Below are positions 1 to 7,688 of a stretch of DNA of 61,130 nucleotides, in pieces; the stretch's first letter is position 1; every line of letters begins with the position of its first letter. The DNA lies in NCBI GenBank assembly GCA_024278135.1, contig JAJRTU010000095.1, positions 1-61,130 of the forward strand, written 5' to 3'. The notes below the pieces were generated by a model, which was not told the origin of the DNA, did no database searches, and saw only the letters and a program-made list of their open reading frames with translations. Position numbers and translations under genes: made by a program. The stretch is from Gammaproteobacteria bacterium (GTDB taxonomy: Bacteria; Pseudomonadota; Gammaproteobacteria; Eutrophobiales; Eutrophobiaceae).

Positions 1-906
1 CAACTGGAAACCCTGCAGATTAATATCGGTTTGCGTTGTAATCAGGCCTGTCTGCATTGTCATGTTAATTCGAATCCATATCGCAAGGAAAAAATGGACG
101 AGAAGACGATTGCCCTGGTTGTCCGCTTTCTTCAGCTCGATAAAGTTAAAACCCTGGACATTACGGGTGGTGCGCCCGAGCTGCACCCGCAATTTCGCGA
201 ACTGGTCAGCGAAGCCGTCGCGCTGGGTGTGCATGTTATCGACAGGTGTAATTTAACAATACTGGAACAGCCCGGCCATGAGGATCTCGCCGGGTTTTTG
301 GCGCGGGAGAGGGTTGAGGTTGTCGCCTCCCTGCCTTGTTATACTGAAGACAATGTTGATCAACAACGAGGCAAAGGTGTTTTCCAGTCGAGTATAAGGG
401 GCTTGCAGGCGCTCAATTTACTGGGCTACGGTGATGGCAAATCAGGCCTGGTGCTGAGTCTGGTATACAATCCGCTTGGCCCGACGTTGCCCGCTGGACA
501 GCTCGAGCTTGAAGTTGAATATAAAAAGCAGCTTTATGAGGGATACGGTATTACTTTTGATCGCCTGTTAACGCTCAGCAATATGCCAATTAAGCGCTTT
601 GGCAGTACGCTGATCTCCAGGCGTCAATTCAAACCCTATATGTCACTGTTAAAGAATGCCCATCGTGATGAAAATCTGGAGCAGGTTATGTGTCGCTCTC
701 TGATCAGTGTTGACTGGCAGGGTTATCTTTATGATTGTGATTTTAATCAGATGCTGGATCTGGGTATACGTATCAATGATGAGCAGCGTATGCATCTTTC
801 CGATTTACTGAATACCGGGATTACCAGCAGGCCCATTATCGTGCGTAATCATTGTTATGGATGTACAGCGGGGCAGGGCAGTAGTTGTGCAGGTGCACTG
901 AGTTGA
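1..906 (+). CDS. Radical SAM / C-terminal Cys-rich domain protein, ArsS-like; 5' end cut by window edge
   Basis: Frame 1 is open from nt 1. CNQACLHC is a CX3CX2C radical-SAM cluster motif. The C-terminal HCYGCTAGQGSSCAG tail is typical of the rSAM/Cys-rich (seleno)protein family. All positions are Cys here. The gene ends in a tandem TGA TGA stop. Confidence 0.8.
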   Translation, partial: QLETLQINIGLRCNQACLHCHVNSNPYRKEKMDEKTIALVVRFLQLDKVKTLDITGGAPELHPQFRELVSEAVALGVHVIDRCNLTILEQPGHEDLAGFLARERVEVVASLPCYTEDNVDQQRGKGVFQSSIRGLQALNLLGYGDGKSGLVLSLVYNPLGPTLPAGQLELEVEYKKQLYEGYGITFDRLLTLSNMPIKRFGSTLISRRQFKPYMSLLKNAHRDENLEQVMCRSLISVDWQGYLYDCDFNQMLDLGIRINDEQRMHLSDLLNTGITSRPIIVRNHCYGCTAGQGSSCAGALS

Positions 907-918
907 TGAAGCCGGCTT

Positions 919-1592
919 GTGAATAGATTATCCATCATTGTCCCGACGCTGAACGAGTCTGCATCCATTGTCGCCTGTCTGATGTCATTACAGCCGCTGA
1001 GAGGGCAGGGTCATGAAGTGATCGTTGTGGATGGTGGCAGTGATGATACGACAATGTTGCTGGCCGGGGATCTGGCAGACCAGGTATTGTCTGCACCCAA
1101 AGGCCGGGCCAGACAACTGAATTATGGTGCCGACAAGGCTGCGGGAAGCTTGCTGCTGTTTCTGCATGCCGATACTTTTCTACCCGAAGATGCTGGTGAT
1201 TTGCTGCAGGATGTGATGAAAAGCGGAATCGTGTGGGGACGATTCGATGTCCGTCTGTCCGGTTCCCATCCCCTGTTACGGGTGGTTGAATACTTTATGA
1301 ATATGCGCTCGCGTCTGACCGGTATCGCCACAGGTGACCAGGCGATCTTCGTGAGTCGTTCACTTTATGACATCGCCGGCGGCTTCCCGGACATTGATTT
1401 GATGGAAGATATCAGTTTTTCCGGGATCCTGAAAAAAATCCGCCCACCCATTTGCCTGAATCAACAGTACTGACCTCCAGTCGGCGTTGGGAACAATATG
1501 GCATTGTCAGAACCGTATTGCACATGTGCTCATTAAGGTTACGCTATGCTTTCGGTGTCAGCCCTGACAGACTGCTCAGGGAATATGAATAG
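919..1592 (+). pseudogene. GT2-type glycosyltransferase (rSAM/selenodomain-associated transferase 2-like) with an apparent frameshift near nt 1467
   Basis: GTG start with LSIIVPTLNE and VVDGGSDD GT-A motifs. The ORF stops at 1473. The conserved C-terminus (VLTSSRRWEQYGIVRTVLHMCSLRLRYAFGVSPDRLLREYE) continues in the -1 frame to TAG 1590-1592. Confidence 0.7.
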
Positions 1593-2211
1593 TCAGGCCG
1601 GGGTATTATGCGTTTTTACCAAAGCCCCGGTACCCGGCAGTGTCAAAACCCGTTTGATCCCGACGCTGGGAAAAGAGAAGACATGCGAACTTTATCAATC
1701 CCTGTTGACAAGAACGTTGACGACAGCGTGTTCTTCCGGCATAGCCCAGGTTCGCCTGTATTGTACACCGGCAACTGAACATCCCTTTCTACAGGAGTGT
1801 GCTGCCGATTTTGGTGTGCAATTGTATTTACAGGAAGGGGACGATTTGGGCGAGCGGATGTGTTCTGCCCTGAATGCGGGTTTGCGAGAATATGCATATG
1901 CTCTGGTTATCGGTTGTGATTGCCCCTGGCTGAGCACTGGTGATCTTGAGCTGGCTTACACAAAATTGAAATCCGGCACCGAAGTGGTCATCGGCCCGGC
2001 CGACGATGGCGGCTATTATCTGCTGGGTCTTTGTTCGCCGCAGAACACACTGTTTGAAGATATGCCCTGGGGCGGTCCGACAGTGCTCGGGGAGACGAGG
2101 CAACGTCTGTCGAGTGCAGGGATAAACTGGGATGAACTGACGGAATATCCGGATCTTGACAGACCCGAAGATCTGCCCGCTTATCAAAAGTTACTGGATC
2201 GGCGCGACTAG
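1585..2211 (+). CDS. DUF2064 / TIGR04282-like transferase (rSAM/selenodomain-associated transferase 1-like)
   Basis: Motifs VFTKAPVPGSVKTRL, IGCDCPWL, GPADDGGYYLLG and DMPWGG. ATG 1585 is preferred over the track start 1546 because it overlaps the restored end of the upstream GT gene (ATGAATAG). Confidence 0.8.
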   Translation: MNSQAGVLCVFTKAPVPGSVKTRLIPTLGKEKTCELYQSLLTRTLTTACSSGIAQVRLYCTPATEHPFLQECAADFGVQLYLQEGDDLGERMCSALNAGLREYAYALVIGCDCPWLSTGDLELAYTKLKSGTEVVIGPADDGGYYLLGLCSPQNTLFEDMPWGGPTVLGETRQRLSSAGINWDELTEYPDLDRPEDLPAYQKLLDRRD

Positions 2212-2311
2212 CAAAGCGGCGATTGTTCCCGCCTGTTCTTAACAGCGTTTCAGTGTTACGGGGGAATGCAGATGAAATGCAACAATCACTTCATCCCGGC
2301 TCAGAGCTTCC

Positions 2312-3100
2312 TTAGTTTGTGTCAGGCAGGCGTTTCAGTTTTTTTATATTTTCCCGATCCAGCTTTGCCACCAATCTGGCCAGTTCGTGTCTGTCAGCCG
2401 CCGCAATATGAATGAATCGCGCGCCTACGCGGGTGGATTGCGATGTTGTGCCTTCTTCTATACGGGACACTTCCAGTGCCCCCACTATTTTCTTGCCGTC
2501 GGGTGTGTGAATAATGCAGGTGGGTAATTCGTCACCGACAGCCAGTATCTGTGTATTGTTTGAATTGATCCTGGCACTGATGCCTCCCAAAGAAATGTTT
2601 CTCAGTTCCGCATGTAGCAACACATCGTCTTCGGTAGACAGGGCAATGGGCACGGGATTGGAAATGCTGGTGTTGACCCGGTAACTGGCGCGACGTTGAT
2701 GATGGTAGACATAGGCCGGGTAGCTCACCTTGTAATACTCGATTTCGTCCTTTTCGGCGATGGCATCGACCTGGACGTTAAAGCGGATTTCGATACCGTC
2801 CAGTTGCGTTTCGATTGAGAGTTTGTTGTTCAGCAGTGATTTTTTCAATTCGTTTCTTGGGTAGAGTTCATCCAGCACCAGATAGCGTTTTTCATCATTG
2901 ACTTCGAGGATCATACTGCCGAAGATCTTGGTGCTGTCGGCAAGCGTAATTGACAACAAGGTATGATGTTTTGACAGTCTGCTCAACAGACTGATTATTT
3001 CGGATCTGGATTTAACCCGATAGCTGGTACTGTGATTGATAATGTGCTGGCTGGTTTTGTCATTAGCCGGATCGTTGTTGATATTGGCAACACTATTCAT
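2312..3100 (-). CDS. flgZ: YcgR/FlgZ-type flagellar brake protein with a PilZ domain
   Basis: 262 aa. PilZ c-di-GMP motifs RRASYR (RxxxR) and NISLGG (D/NxSxxG). It sits downstream of flgM-flgN as in Pseudomonas flgMNZ. Confidence 0.8.
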   Translation of the reverse strand: MNSVANINNDPANDKTSQHIINHSTSYRVKSRSEIISLLSRLSKHHTLLSITLADSTKIFGSMILEVNDEKRYLVLDELYPRNELKKSLLNNKLSIETQLDGIEIRFNVQVDAIAEKDEIEYYKVSYPAYVYHHQRRASYRVNTSISNPVPIALSTEDDVLLHAELRNISLGGISARINSNNTQILAVGDELPTCIIHTPDGKKIVGALEVSRIEEGTTSQSTRVGARFIHIAAADRHELARLVAKLDRENIKKLKRLPDTN

Positions 3101-3155
3101 ATCGGCTGAACCAATTCGCTTATGTCAGTTTGAACAATACTAATGGAATACCAGA

Positions 3156-3602
3156 CTAAATTTTTGCGAATACCTGCTTTAGTCTGTTACCCGAGTTGTT
3201 GCCTGCGGAGTCATAAAGATTGTTATCCTGGGCAGCAGCTCCCAGTATTGTATTCAGCATGCGCTGGTTGAATTGTTTGCTGATTTCAACAATGCCGCCG
3301 TTGAGGGCATTGAGCTCACTGCATTTTTTCAGCAAAGAGGCGAACTTTTCATTAAAAGAGCTATGCGTGCTTGTTCCCGTTGAGTGTTCCTCCTGTTGCT
3401 CGGCAATTATTCTTTGTGCGTCCAGTTTTTCCAGTTGACTCAATAAGATTTCCTTTTGCTCGGTACACGCACGTATGCGCTCAAATTCCCGGTTTTTCAA
3501 CGCCTCGTTCTCGAGTGTCAATAACTCAAGCAGCTCGCCTAAATACCGCGAGTACTCATCCGCCAGCACACTCAGGTGGTGATTGTTTTGTCTATTGCTC
3601 AT
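3156..3602 (-). CDS. flgN: Flagellar chaperone FlgN
   Basis: 148 aa, helical and Leu/Glu-rich. It lies immediately downstream of flgM with a 4-nt ATGA overlap. Confidence 0.8.
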   Translation of the reverse strand: MSNRQNNHHLSVLADEYSRYLGELLELLTLENEALKNREFERIRACTEQKEILLSQLEKLDAQRIIAEQQEEHSTGTSTHSSFNEKFASLLKKCSELNALNGGIVEISKQFNQRMLNTILGAAAQDNNLYDSAGNNSGNRLKQVFAKI

Positions 3603-3934
3603 TTGTTCCCGGATTTACTGGCCAATAGATTTTCAAATTCCGCCATTTTCTCGGCAATACGGGTGGAATCAATCTTGAGACTGCCGTCGGCGATGGCATT
3701 TTTGACGCTTTCAACGCGTTGCGTATCGACCACGGGTTGATTGGCAATTTGTGCCTCAATCTGTTGCAGTTTGGCGGCAGTATTCGTCAGATTCACCTCG
3801 CGGACGGGTATAGGCGAGGCGCCTTTTTCCTTCAATGCGGCCTGCTGACGCTGATTTTCAGCCTTGTCTGCTTGCTGATTATTACTCAGTGTCTGGATTG
3901 CAGTCTGTTGTGCACCTTTCACATCATTAATCAT
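3599..3934 (-). CDS. flgM: Anti-sigma-28 factor FlgM
   Basis: 111 aa. The C-terminal VDTQRVESVKNAIADGSLKIDSTRIAEKM matches the FlgM sigma-28-binding region. Confidence 0.9.
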   Translation of the reverse strand: MINDVKGAQQTAIQTLSNNQQADKAENQRQQAALKEKGASPIPVREVNLTNTAAKLQQIEAQIANQPVVDTQRVESVKNAIADGSLKIDSTRIAEKMAEFENLLASKSGNK

Positions 3935-3968
3935 AGATTTACCTCATTAGTTAATCTTATTGCCCATG

Positions 3969-3995
3969 CTATCGGCCATCGCCCCCAAAACTTTA
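3969..3995 (-). promoter_or_regulatory. Sigma-28 (FliA) promoter of flgM
   Basis: The minus strand reads TAAAGTTT-N11-GCCGATAG against the consensus TAAAGTTT-N11-GCCGATAA. It lies about 35 nt upstream of the flgM ATG. Confidence 0.75.
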
Positions 3996-4002
3996 GCTCC
4001 CT

Positions 4003-4059
4003 AAAGGGCTCGGTGACAAAAGCAAATAATAATCATTCTCAGATGTCTCCGAGCCCTTT
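4003..4059 (-). repeat. 57-bp palindromic REP-like element, copy A, at the flgA 3' end
   Basis: Outer stem AAAGGGCTCGG...CCGAGCCCTTT. Its reverse complement matches copy B (5895-5951) at 10/11 outer and 32/35 distal positions. Confidence 0.7.
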
Positions 4060-4063
4060 TACG

Positions 4064-4762
4064 TTAGTTTACAAAAACAATCCCGTTTTTTGTTATGACA
4101 CCTTCGACTATGCGCTTTGAACGGCGATTACGTACTTTAATACGCTCGCCTACGGCGCCATCCATCAGGGATTCTCCCATAGATCTCACTTCGAAGCTGG
4201 ATTGCCTGGCCAGCATCGTAATCGTCTGCCCGCGTCGGATTATTGTCGGTGCCTTCAGCAGATTGGATAAAAGTGGCCGGCCAAGCTGAACCGGGCGGGT
4301 CAAAATCTGGCCGATGGCAGTACTGGCCTGAGTCAGGTAGCCACCCGCCAGTTGAGAGATATCCATGCGCTGCATCTGAAGATCATTCGCGGAGAGGGTT
4401 TGTCCCTGTGCCAATGGTCTGCCGGCAACAAGGACCTCACGGTAAATTTGTACTGTTACCGGCACATACAAAGACCAGGGGTGCTCACCTTCGCAGCGTA
4501 TGGCAACGGTGGTATTACTTGAATTTGTATTGGCATAAGGCATGTGTGCCTGTAATTTGTGCTCGCACAGCGGCAGTCTTAATCTAGGATCCAGGGCCTT
4601 GGCACTGATATTGATGTCGTCACTTTTACTCGCCAGGTTTGCCCGCACATAGTCTGCCGCCGTATCACGAATATCCTGCAGCGGATGTGCCGCCTCCGCG
4701 ACGAGCGGGGTTGCCGCAGCAAGGCACAGTGTTGAGAAGAGGGGAATGAGAAAATGGCGCAT
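4064..4762 (-). CDS. flgA: Flagellar P-ring assembly chaperone FlgA
   Basis: Signal peptide present. The C-terminal GERIKVRNRRSKRIVEGVI is a SAF/FlgA-type motif. Confidence 0.9.
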   Translation of the reverse strand: MRHFLIPLFSTLCLAAATPLVAEAAHPLQDIRDTAADYVRANLASKSDDINISAKALDPRLRLPLCEHKLQAHMPYANTNSSNTTVAIRCEGEHPWSLYVPVTVQIYREVLVAGRPLAQGQTLSANDLQMQRMDISQLAGGYLTQASTAIGQILTRPVQLGRPLLSNLLKAPTIIRRGQTITMLARQSSFEVRSMGESLMDGAVGERIKVRNRRSKRIVEGVITKNGIVFVN

Positions 4763-4801
4763 GTATTATCTATCCATAAATTTATAAATTGTAAAATACA
4801 A

Positions 4802-4817
4802 TGCAATTCACATGCCT
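4802..4817 (-). promoter_or_regulatory. Candidate sigma-54 promoter of flgA
   Basis: The minus strand reads AGGCAT-GTGAA-TTGCA (GG-N10-GC spacing correct). It lies 40 nt upstream of the flgA ATG. Confidence 0.45.
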
Positions 4818-4851
4818 ATAATTCGGATTTGGCTTTTTACTTGTCAGAATA

Positions 4852-4878
4852 TAAAGAATAGAGGGCTCAGGTCGATAT
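4852..4878 (+). promoter_or_regulatory. Candidate sigma-28 promoter of cheV
   Basis: TAAAGAAT-N11-GTCGATAT (6/8 and 6/8 to consensus), 37 nt upstream of the cheV ATG. Confidence 0.45.
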
Positions 4879-4914
4879 ATAGGCGACTAAATCAACGCAA
4901 GTGGACGGTGACAC

Positions 4915-5862
4915 ATGACAGGCATTATGGCAGGAGTGGATGCGAGAACGCAGTTAGTGGGGCGCAACAGACTGGAATTACTCCTGTTCTATCTTGGAGG
5001 CAAACAGTGTTTCGGCATTAACGTTTTCAAGGTGCGTGAAGTTATCGAATGCCCCCCTATCACCCGTTCTCTGGATTCCCACCCTTATATACGTGGTGTT
5101 TCCAATATTCGCGGCAATGTTATCAGTATGCTGGACCTGTCTGCCGCTATCGGTAATCAGCCTCTGGATCTCAGCCGGAAATGTTATGTCATCGTATCTG
5201 AATATAACAAGAGTGTGCAGGGTTTTCTCGTCAGCAACATTGAACGTATTGTGAATATGAACTGGGAGGAGATTAAATCGCCACCTTCCGGTATCGGACA
5301 CGATAATTATTTAACCGCGATCACGCGTTTCAATGATGCCATTATCGAAATACTGGATATTGAGAAAGTGCTGGTCAATATCATGGGTTTCAGTGACGAG
5401 ATCAAGAAAGACACGATGGACAGCATTGACGAAAATTATAATGATAAACAGGTGCTGGTAGTCGATGATTCTTCGATGGCAAGAAAGCAAATTACCCAGG
5501 TACTGGATAAAGTAGGCATTCAGTACACCGTGGCCTCAACGGGCAAAGAAGCTTATGAAATATTGCTGAGTTGGTTAAAAGATGAAATCCCCATAAGTCA
5601 ACGATGCTCATTGGTGGTGTCAGATGTGGAAATGCCGGAGATGGATGGTTATACGCTGACGAAAAAGATAAAGGCGCATGACGAGTTGAAAAAACTGACC
5701 GTGCTGCTGCATTCATCGCTGAGCGGCGGGTTTAATGAAAAAATGGTGGAAAAAGTGGGTGCCGATGAGTTCCTGCCTAAATTCAATTCAGATGATCTGG
5801 CGAAACGCGTGCTGGCCCTTATGCAACCGGATCAGGACGATGCTGTGATGGCCGTATCGTGA
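4915..5862 (+). CDS. cheV: Chemotaxis coupling protein CheV (CheW domain plus receiver)
   Basis: N-terminal CheW-like domain (FGINVFKVREV, RGNVISMLDL). C-terminal REC domain (VLVVDDS, VVSDVEMPEMDG, KF). Confidence 0.9.
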   Translation: MTGIMAGVDARTQLVGRNRLELLLFYLGGKQCFGINVFKVREVIECPPITRSLDSHPYIRGVSNIRGNVISMLDLSAAIGNQPLDLSRKCYVIVSEYNKSVQGFLVSNIERIVNMNWEEIKSPPSGIGHDNYLTAITRFNDAIIEILDIEKVLVNIMGFSDEIKKDTMDSIDENYNDKQVLVVDDSSMARKQITQVLDKVGIQYTVASTGKEAYEILLSWLKDEIPISQRCSLVVSDVEMPEMDGYTLTKKIKAHDELKKLTVLLHSSLSGGFNEKMVEKVGADEFLPKFNSDDLAKRVLALMQPDQDDAVMAVS

Positions 5863-5894
5863 GAGAAGTCAAGGCAGTCAGCATCATGTAATGT

Positions 5895-5958
5895 AAAGGG
5901 GTCGGTGGCAAAGGCTAATGATAATTATTTGCTTTTGTCACCGACCCCTTTTATTTTT
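5895..5958 (+). terminator. Intrinsic terminator of cheV; this is copy B of the 57-bp palindromic element
   Basis: 21-bp stem (AAAGGGGTCGGTGGCAAAGGC / GCTTTTGTCACCGACCCCTTT, two G-U pairs), 15-nt loop, then TATTTTT. Confidence 0.75.
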
Positions 5959-6098
5959 ACTTGCGGGGCAATTTGCTTCCGCTATTGGCTTGTGGCCGGG
6001 CAATTCTTGCCAATAAGGATTTGAGTAATAGCGGCCCACCATCTCAGTCCAGCACTCCTTCCTTTATAATTCAATCACTTAGCTGTTTTCCTTCAATC

Positions 6099-6114
6099 TG
6101 GCATGGCTGATGCT
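6099..6114 (+). promoter_or_regulatory. Candidate sigma-54 promoter of flgB operon
   Basis: TGGCAT-GGCTG-ATGCT, 36 nt upstream of the flgB ATG. Confidence 0.6.
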
Positions 6115-6149
6115 TAGTCATAACGCAAACTTGACTGGAAACCAGCTAG

Positions 6150-6539
6150 ATGAACGTAGACAGTATTTTTGGGATACATTTGCAGGCCGTCCGGGTACGC
6201 GGACAGCGTGCCGAGATCCTGGCACGGAATATGGCCAATGCTGACACTCCCGGCTACAAGGCCCGCGATATAAAGTTTCAGGACATCATTTCGAAAGAAT
6301 CTTTTGGCAATACCGGTTTGCGTACGACCGATGCCAGACACATTTCCACCAAAGGCAATATGGCCACCGACACCAGCTTGCAGTATCGGATCCCGCAACA
6401 GGGATCGCTGGATGGCAATACCGTGGACCTGCAAACAGAACGGGCCGAGTTTATGCGCAATGCGCTGATGTACCAGGCTTCGTTGCGATTTTTGAACGGA
6501 CGTATCAATGGTCTGATGACCGCAATAAAAGGTGAATGA
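6150..6539 (+). CDS. flgB: Flagellar proximal rod protein FlgB
   Basis: ARNMANADTPGYKARD rod-protein N-terminal motif; 129 aa. Confidence 0.9.
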   Translation: MNVDSIFGIHLQAVRVRGQRAEILARNMANADTPGYKARDIKFQDIISKESFGNTGLRTTDARHISTKGNMATDTSLQYRIPQQGSLDGNTVDLQTERAEFMRNALMYQASLRFLNGRINGLMTAIKGE

Positions 6540-6540
6540 G

Positions 6541-6954
6541 ATGGCTTTATTAGATGCAATTAATATCGCGGGTTCAGCCATGAGCGCACAGACGATCCGG
6601 CTGAATGTGACTGCCAGTAATCTGGCCAATGTTGACACTGTCGCCAGTTCTGCCGAGCAGGCCTATCGTGCCCGACAGCCGGTGTTCGAGTCGGTAATGA
6701 GCAGTTTCATGAGCAGTGACCAAAGTATGGGTGTGCGGGTATCACAGATAGTCGAGAGTCGGGCAGCGCCACGTCAACAATATCAACCCGAACATCCCAA
6801 TGCCAACGAACAGGGCTATGTCTATCTGCCCAATGTCGATCCTATCGAAGAAATGGCGAACATGATGTCGGCTTCACGTGCTTATCAGAACAATGTCGAA
6901 ATAATCAATACATCGAAAGAGATGTTGCTGCGGACCCTGAGTCTGGGGCAGTAG
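6541..6954 (+). CDS. flgC: Flagellar proximal rod protein FlgC
   Basis: Motifs TASNLANVDT and SRAYQNNVEI. ATG 6541 is preferred over GTG 6532, which overlaps the flgB stop. Confidence 0.9.
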   Translation: MALLDAINIAGSAMSAQTIRLNVTASNLANVDTVASSAEQAYRARQPVFESVMSSFMSSDQSMGVRVSQIVESRAAPRQQYQPEHPNANEQGYVYLPNVDPIEEMANMMSASRAYQNNVEIINTSKEMLLRTLSLGQ

Positions 6955-6977
6955 TACATCACTGAGAGGAATGTCGG

Positions 6978-7652
6978 ATGGAAGATATCAATTCAATAGC
7001 AGCAAGCGGTCTTGAACAGTTTGCAATCAATCGGGATCAGAATAAACCCAAAGATGAACTGGGGCAGTCAGAATTTCTGCAGTTGATGCTGACCCAGATT
7101 CAGAACCAGGATCCCCTGAATCCCGCCAAAAGCGGTGAATTTTTGAGCCAACTGGCACAGTTCGGTACGGTCAATGGCATTACTGAATTGAATTCTTCAT
7201 TCGATGTGCTGGCCACCACGCTGCAATCCAGTCAGGCATTACAGGCCTCGACCATGGTTGGCAGATCGGTGCTGGTGCCCGGTAATGTCGGTTTGCTGGA
7301 GACGGGTGCTGAATTGCAGGGAGCGGTGGAGATGCCTTCTTCAAGTGCTGATTTAACCGTGCTCATCCATGATGCGTCAGGGCAACTGGTGCGGCAAATC
7401 AATTTGGGTACGCAGCAGGCCGGCACGGTGCGCTTCGCATGGGATGGATTCAGCAATGCGGGTGAGCCTGTGCCAACGGGCACCTACAAGGTGAGCGCAC
7501 AGGCCTTCGTTGATGGAGAAGCGGTGACCCAGACGACATTGATTCAGGCCAGAGTGGAAAGTGTCACGCTGGGCAAAGCGGGAAGCGATTCATCGCTGAA
7601 CCTGCGTGGCCTGGGCACGGTGTTAATGAACGATATTAGAGAAATTTTGTAG
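6978..7652 (+). CDS. flgD: Hook capping/scaffold protein FlgD
   Basis: FLQLMLTQIQNQDPLNP FlgD motif. GAGAGGA RBS. Confidence 0.9.
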   Translation: MEDINSIAASGLEQFAINRDQNKPKDELGQSEFLQLMLTQIQNQDPLNPAKSGEFLSQLAQFGTVNGITELNSSFDVLATTLQSSQALQASTMVGRSVLVPGNVGLLETGAELQGAVEMPSSSADLTVLIHDASGQLVRQINLGTQQAGTVRFAWDGFSNAGEPVPTGTYKVSAQAFVDGEAVTQTTLIQARVESVTLGKAGSDSSLNLRGLGTVLMNDIREIL

Positions 7653-7688
7653 TGTAGTTTCAAGAAATCTGACTCCAGGAGAAAGTAA

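Noticed and set aside
904-909. TGA TGA at the end of the radical-SAM/Cys-rich gene as a possible selenocysteine recoding site. Some members of this family are selenoproteins.
   Set aside because: All conserved C-terminal positions are already encoded as Cys. The two TGAs are adjacent and the next gene starts 10 nt later. This is a plain tandem stop. No SECIS search was possible.
6114-6638. 174-aa minus-strand ORF covering flgB and the flgC start. A similar 204-aa ORF (21063-21677) lies opposite the carbonic anhydrase gene.
   Set aside because: They overlap strongly supported plus-strand genes and have no motif support.
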